This document shows positions 59,806 through 64,000 of a DNA stretch of 64,000 nt, piece after piece; position 1 is the stretch's first letter; every line of letters begins with the position of its first letter. Source of the stretch: an uncultured Alphaproteobacteria bacterium (GTDB lineage Bacteria; Pseudomonadota; Alphaproteobacteria; HIMB59; GCA-002718135); contig CACGGX010000001.1 of assembly GCA_902572735.1 (NCBI GenBank), positions 50,294-114,293 on the forward strand. The letters run 5' to 3'. The notes beneath the pieces were generated by a model. The model searched no databases and was not told where the DNA came from. It worked only from the letters and a program-made list of their open reading frames with translations. The position numbers were made by a program, and so were the translations under genes.

Positions 59806-60383
59806 AAAATAAATTTGCATTAATATCAGTGTTTAATAAGAACAATTTAAATTATCTTTGTACTAATTTAAATAAACAAGGATATAGGTTTATATCTAGT
59901 GGTGCTACAGGTAATAAAATACGAGATATGGGATTTAAATGCCAAGATATTTCAAAAATAACTAAATTTAAAGAAATGTTTGAGGGAAGAGTTAAGACGC
60001 TAAACCCATTAATATATAGCTCTATACTTTATAAAAGAGAAAATAAATTTCATATAAAAGATTTTCTATCATTAAAAATACCTGAAATAGATATAGTTGT
60101 TGTCAACTTGTATCCTTTCAAAAAATATTCAAAAGAAAAAAATTATGATCAAATAATTGAGATGATAGATATAGGGGGGCCAAGTCTATTAAGAGCTGCA
60201 GGAAAAAATTATAAATATATCACTGCAATATTGAATACAAAAGACTATAAAAAATTGATTCAAAATTTAAAAAAAAATAATGGAGTGACTGATCTAAATT
60301 TTAGAAAAAAAATGGCAATTAAGGTTTTTAAAGAAACTTCTAATTATGATAAAGTTATTTCTAATTGGTTGGATGAAAACTAA
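59784..60383 (+). CDS. purH: PurH N-terminal part (IMP cyclohydrolase, MGS-like)
   Basis: ALISV, GRVKTLNP, VVVNLYPF, IDIGGPSLLRAAGKN; ends WLDEN*. Confidence 0.85.
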   Translation: MVVRKNLKNKFALISVFNKNNLNYLCTNLNKQGYRFISSGATGNKIRDMGFKCQDISKITKFKEMFEGRVKTLNPLIYSSILYKRENKFHIKDFLSLKIPEIDIVVVNLYPFKKYSKEKNYDQIIEMIDIGGPSLLRAAGKNYKYITAILNTKDYKKLIQNLKKNNGVTDLNFRKKMAIKVFKETSNYDKVISNWLDEN

Positions 60384-61290
60384 GATTAATAAAATTAAAT
60401 TAAGATATGGAGAAAACCCAAATCAAAGTGCGTATCTAATTAATAATGTAAAAAAATCTATTTTTAGTTATCAAATTAGTGGAAAAAAAATAAGTTATAA
60501 TAATTTAATTGATGTTGATAGTGGTTTGAGGTGTTTGGAAGAGTTCAAGGAACCTACTTCGATAATTATAAAACACACAAATCCTTGTGGTGTAGCTTCT
60601 TCAAAAAATATTGAAAGTGCTTTTGTTAAGTCTTTTCAAAGTGATCCTAAGAGCGCTTTTGGAGGGATAATTTTTTTAAATAGAAAAGTGAGCTATAGTC
60701 TAGCGAAAATAATAATTAAAAGTTTTTTTGAGATGGTTGTTGCAAGTAGTTTTGAAGAAGATGCTATAAAAATATTAAAAAAGAAAAGAAATTTAATTTT
60801 ATTAAAAATACCAAGTTCAAAAAAGAAGATTATAGAATATAAATCAACCCTTTTTGGTGATCTTTATCAGACTAAAGATGTTACACCAATTAACAAAAAA
60901 TTCTTGAAGTTAGTCTCAAAAAAAGCTGGTTCAACTAAATCAATATCTGACTTAATTTTTTCTTTAAAAGTTGCAAAACATTTAAAATCAAATGCTGTTG
61001 TGTTATCTAGAAATAAACAAACTTTAGGTTTAGGTCATGGTCAAACAAATAGAGTTGATGCATTAAATTTTGCGATAAAAAATATGAATAAGCACTTTAA
61101 AAAAAAATTCTTCGTTTGTGCATCAGATGGTTTTTTTCCATTTACTGATAGTATAAAATTATTAGAGAAAAATGGATGTAATGTTGTTGCTCAACCAAGT
61201 GGATCAATTAATGATAAAAAAATAATATCCTTTTCTATTAAAAAAAATATATCTCTATATTTTATTAAAAATAGACTTTTTAAACATTGA
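60373..61290 (+). CDS. purH: PurH C-terminal part (AICAR transformylase)
   Basis: MKTKINKIKLRYGENP, SYNN..D, KHTNPCG, SAFGG, KSNA, GQTNRVD, ASDGFFPFTD, QPSGSIND, RLFKH. Confidence 0.85.
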   Translation: MKTKINKIKLRYGENPNQSAYLINNVKKSIFSYQISGKKISYNNLIDVDSGLRCLEEFKEPTSIIIKHTNPCGVASSKNIESAFVKSFQSDPKSAFGGIIFLNRKVSYSLAKIIIKSFFEMVVASSFEEDAIKILKKKRNLILLKIPSSKKKIIEYKSTLFGDLYQTKDVTPINKKFLKLVSKKAGSTKSISDLIFSLKVAKHLKSNAVVLSRNKQTLGLGHGQTNRVDALNFAIKNMNKHFKKKFFVCASDGFFPFTDSIKLLEKNGCNVVAQPSGSINDKKIISFSIKKNISLYFIKNRLFKH

Positions 61291-61454
61291 ATAAAAAAAC
61301 TAAGATACCAAAATATATTAAAATTCTAATAGAAAAATATCCTAAAATTTTTTCAGGTAGAAAAAATTTTCAATATCATAATGATAGAATTCTCAAATCA
61401 ATTAAAATAATAAAAAAATATTTTAATAAAAATAATTCATTAAAAAATGATTAA
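61287..61454 (+). CDS. small basic hypothetical protein (55 aa), not in the ORF track
   Basis: TTG start overlaps the purH stop (TTGA): MNKKTKIPKYIKILIEKYPKIFSGRKNFQYHNDRILKSIKIIKKYFNKNNSLKND. Confidence 0.45.
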   Translation: MNKKTKIPKYIKILIEKYPKIFSGRKNFQYHNDRILKSIKIIKKYFNKNNSLKND

Positions 61455-61513
61455 TTGTTTAAGTTATTTCTTGTTTTGTTTACTGAAAGTATATTTTGAT
61501 ATAGATACAAAAT

Positions 61514-62107
61514 ATGAGCAAACCTAATCTTCTTTTTCCAACCCCTGTTTGGACTTTACAATTAGATAATTACAAAACTATAAATGAAAAAATGTATACT
61601 TATATTAAAGGAAATCAGATTAAAGATCAAAAAGGAATAACTAAGAGTAATGTGAAGGGATGGCATTCTCAAAACTTTGATTTAAAAGAAAATGAACCTA
61701 AAGACTTTATAAATTTCATTTCTCCATCTATAGAAAAAGTAATGACAGACATGAATTGGGAAAAAGAAAAACAATCTGTTAAAATAACTAATATGTGGTC
61801 TATTATAAACACAGGGGGTTCGACAAATTCAAGACATCAGCACGGTAACAGCAGTATTAGTGGAGCATACTATGTGAGAGCACCAAAAAACTGCGGTGAT
61901 ATTGTATTTTACGATCCAAGACCTGCTGCTGTTTTTAGTTATCCAACGGCAATAAGTTCTAATTTTCTTAATGCACAAGTTAATGGAATAAGTCCTAAAG
62001 AAGGTGGATTAATATTATTTCCAAGTTATGTTGATCACTCAGTAAATGAAAATTTATCTAAAAATGAAAGAATAGTTATAAGTTTCAATATTACAATACA
62101 AGCATAA
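61514..62107 (+). CDS. putative 2OG-Fe(II) oxygenase (TIGR02466-like)
   Basis: LFPTP, SNVKGWHS, HQH, SGAYYV, FYDPR, LFPSYVDHSV, RIVISFN. Confidence 0.85.
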   Translation: MSKPNLLFPTPVWTLQLDNYKTINEKMYTYIKGNQIKDQKGITKSNVKGWHSQNFDLKENEPKDFINFISPSIEKVMTDMNWEKEKQSVKITNMWSIINTGGSTNSRHQHGNSSISGAYYVRAPKNCGDIVFYDPRPAAVFSYPTAISSNFLNAQVNGISPKEGGLILFPSYVDHSVNENLSKNERIVISFNITIQA

Positions 62108-62115
62108 ACATATAG

Positions 62116-62880
62116 TTATTTAGAGTTATTTTTTGAAATACTTTCCCAAGCTTCTCCTGATTCAATTTCTTTGAGTGTCCATTGACTGTAAGCTAGATTA
62201 TTAAAAATATTATAATTTATTTTAGGATTTTCAATATTTTGAATTTTACCAATATGATTCAAACTTATTTCTGTAAAATATGCTGGGACTCCTTTTGACA
62301 TTGCTATAAAACCAGCAGTAGATTGTAAACTTACAAAAGCCCAGGCATCTCTAAGTAAATTTTCTAAAGGTTCTTTAGAAAACTTATTATGAATAATAAT
62401 TTTTCTGTCAGTATATTTTTTTACTTTATTAATAGTGTCTTCAGTCCAATTAGGTGAATTGTATAATTTTTTCATTGTTTCTGATGGCTCAGAAAGAATT
62501 ATATTTTTTCCAGATTTATTTTGATCTAAAATTTCAATATTAAGTTTTTTCAATCTATCGTTTGGAAAGTTGCCTCTACCATCATGTATAAAATTATTAA
62601 AAACTATTCTAAAATAGCCATCTAAATTTATTACATTCGTTCTATTATTATTAAACAATCTTTTTGATTGATTAAAATATCCATGATCCATATAAAAAAA
62701 ATTTTTTACTTTTTTAATAATTTCTAAAGTTCCCCTTAAGACCCCATAAGTTGCAATTGTTTTGTCATACTCTCTAAAATTTTTTACGTGACATAGAAGT
62801 GAATCTGAGCCTCTTGCAAAATTATAGCACAGTGTTCTATTAATTATATGATCAGTATAAATAACGATAGGTTTTTCCAT
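62116..62880 (-). CDS. hypothetical protein, GT-B/capsule-modification-like
   Basis: YGVLRG, YMDHGYF, KKYTDRKI, SLQSTAG...GVP, LAYSQWT..E; family inferred. Confidence 0.5.
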   Translation of the reverse strand: MEKPIVIYTDHIINRTLCYNFARGSDSLLCHVKNFREYDKTIATYGVLRGTLEIIKKVKNFFYMDHGYFNQSKRLFNNNRTNVINLDGYFRIVFNNFIHDGRGNFPNDRLKKLNIEILDQNKSGKNIILSEPSETMKKLYNSPNWTEDTINKVKKYTDRKIIIHNKFSKEPLENLLRDAWAFVSLQSTAGFIAMSKGVPAYFTEISLNHIGKIQNIENPKINYNIFNNLAYSQWTLKEIESGEAWESISKNNSK

Positions 62881-62959
62881 TAGTCAATATTATAAACTAA
62901 TAAGTTACTTTATAAATATAATCATTTCTGTTATTTAGTCATAATAATATATAAGTTAT

Positions 62960-63721
62960 ATGTACAGTGTTTTACAAAATAAAAAAAATATCAAATTTAA
63001 GTTTGAAAAATTCCCTTATTTAATTATTGATGATGCTTTACCTGCTGACCTTTATAAGAAATTAAGTAATAGTTTTCCTAAATATGAAAAAATAATTGCG
63101 GGAAATGAATATAAAGAAAACTTTGCTTACAGATATAATGCTTTTAATTCACTTAGAGATAACGAAATAAGTTCGGACTGGAAAGAGTTTATAAAATTCC
63201 ATACAAGTTATGAATTTTTGGAAGAATTTTATAGTATTTTTGGAGACTCAATTAAAAAAATTTATAATGTTGAAAAAGAGAGATTATTTAAAAAAGATAA
63301 TATTGGTGTGAGATTTGACGGCAAAAATCACTTCAATCTAGACTGCCAATTTGTCATAAATACTCCTACAAGTGGTGAAACAAAAGTGATTGAGCCACAT
63401 TTAGATAATCCTGTAGAATTTTATGCAGCACTTTTATATATGAAAGATCATAATGATAACTCAGAGGGTGGAAATTTAACTACATATGACTTTAAAGGTA
63501 ATCCAAGTTTTTATGGAAAGTCTAGAGTTAGAGAAGAAAAAGTGAATTTAATAGAAGAGATTGAATATAAACAAAATAGATTGGTGATGTTTTTAAACTC
63601 ACCATATTCAATTCACGGGGTAACAAAAAGAACAAAAACAAATTTCTATAGAAAATATATCAACATAATAGGTGAGTTTAATTTTGAATTATTCAACTAT
63701 AGAAATTTTCTAGAGAAGTAA
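62960..63721 (+). CDS. 2OG-Fe(II) oxygenase
   Basis: FPY.IIDDALP, PHLD (HxD), LLYM, GGNL, N..VMFLN...HGV...R. Confidence 0.75.
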   Translation: MYSVLQNKKNIKFKFEKFPYLIIDDALPADLYKKLSNSFPKYEKIIAGNEYKENFAYRYNAFNSLRDNEISSDWKEFIKFHTSYEFLEEFYSIFGDSIKKIYNVEKERLFKKDNIGVRFDGKNHFNLDCQFVINTPTSGETKVIEPHLDNPVEFYAALLYMKDHNDNSEGGNLTTYDFKGNPSFYGKSRVREEKVNLIEEIEYKQNRLVMFLNSPYSIHGVTKRTKTNFYRKYINIIGEFNFELFNYRNFLEK

Positions 63722-63725
63722 AAAT

Positions 63726-64000
63726 TTATTTTTTTCTTTTATTATTATCTGAAACTTGGTTTTCCGCATTTGCACTTCCCAGATTTTGTGAATTATAATC
63801 AGTTTTAAAGTTTGAAATATCATTCAGATATTTTCCTTGAAGAGGAATTTTGAAAATTTCATCAGAAAGTTTTTGAGTTATAACAACTAATAGAATATTT
63901 TTACCTATTTTATCTTTTGCAATTTCAATCATTTTTTGAAATTTGGAATTATTTTTGTAAGGCTTTATTTGCTCAAATAATACAGAAAAGTTATTTCCAT
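63726..64000 (-). CDS. hypothetical protein, C-terminal part (frame open to the window edge)
   Basis: Frame reads GNNFSVLFEQIKPYKNNSKFQK-MIEIAK... with no stop up to the edge. Confidence 0.6.
   Translation of the reverse strand, partial: GNNFSVLFEQIKPYKNNSKFQKMIEIAKDKIGKNILLVVITQKLSDEIFKIPLQGKYLNDISNFKTDYNSQNLGSANAENQVSDNNKRKK

Noticed and set aside
61514-64000. Prophage or island edge suggested by phage-like oxygenases and unknown genes
   Set aside because: No integrase, att repeats, tRNA or structural phage genes within the window

Overview
A very AT-rich, gene-dense chromosomal segment from a genome-streamlined alphaproteobacterium. It looks marine and SAR11/HIMB59-like, an inference from gcrA, carD-fdxA-rpoH2, ccm system I, ffh-rpsP-rimM-trmD-rplS-leuCDB and dapF-mtaB-ftsY-ispZ synteny. 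About 65 CDS, mostly housekeeping; no rRNA, tRNA, CRISPR or IS element was seen. Highlights: (1) a stand-alone 58-aa K5-6AAP-repeat, histone-H1-like gene between acnA and ccmA, with a GC-rich two-hairpin leader, three 3' hairpins and alternating AAG/AAA codons; (2) an RpoE-ChrR pair whose ChrR lacks the N-terminal Zn ligands, plus a sigma-E-type promoter just before rpoH2; (3) purH split at its domain boundary; (4) tandem Tas-like reductases sharing 111-bp and 42-bp identical patches; (5) dispersed glycan/surface-modification genes, two of which start directly after a terminator T7 tract; (6) an ffh leader RNA, a mic60-like/hemY pair without hemCD, and several unannotated small ORFs. All assignments come from motif and synteny recognition by eye; no searches were run.
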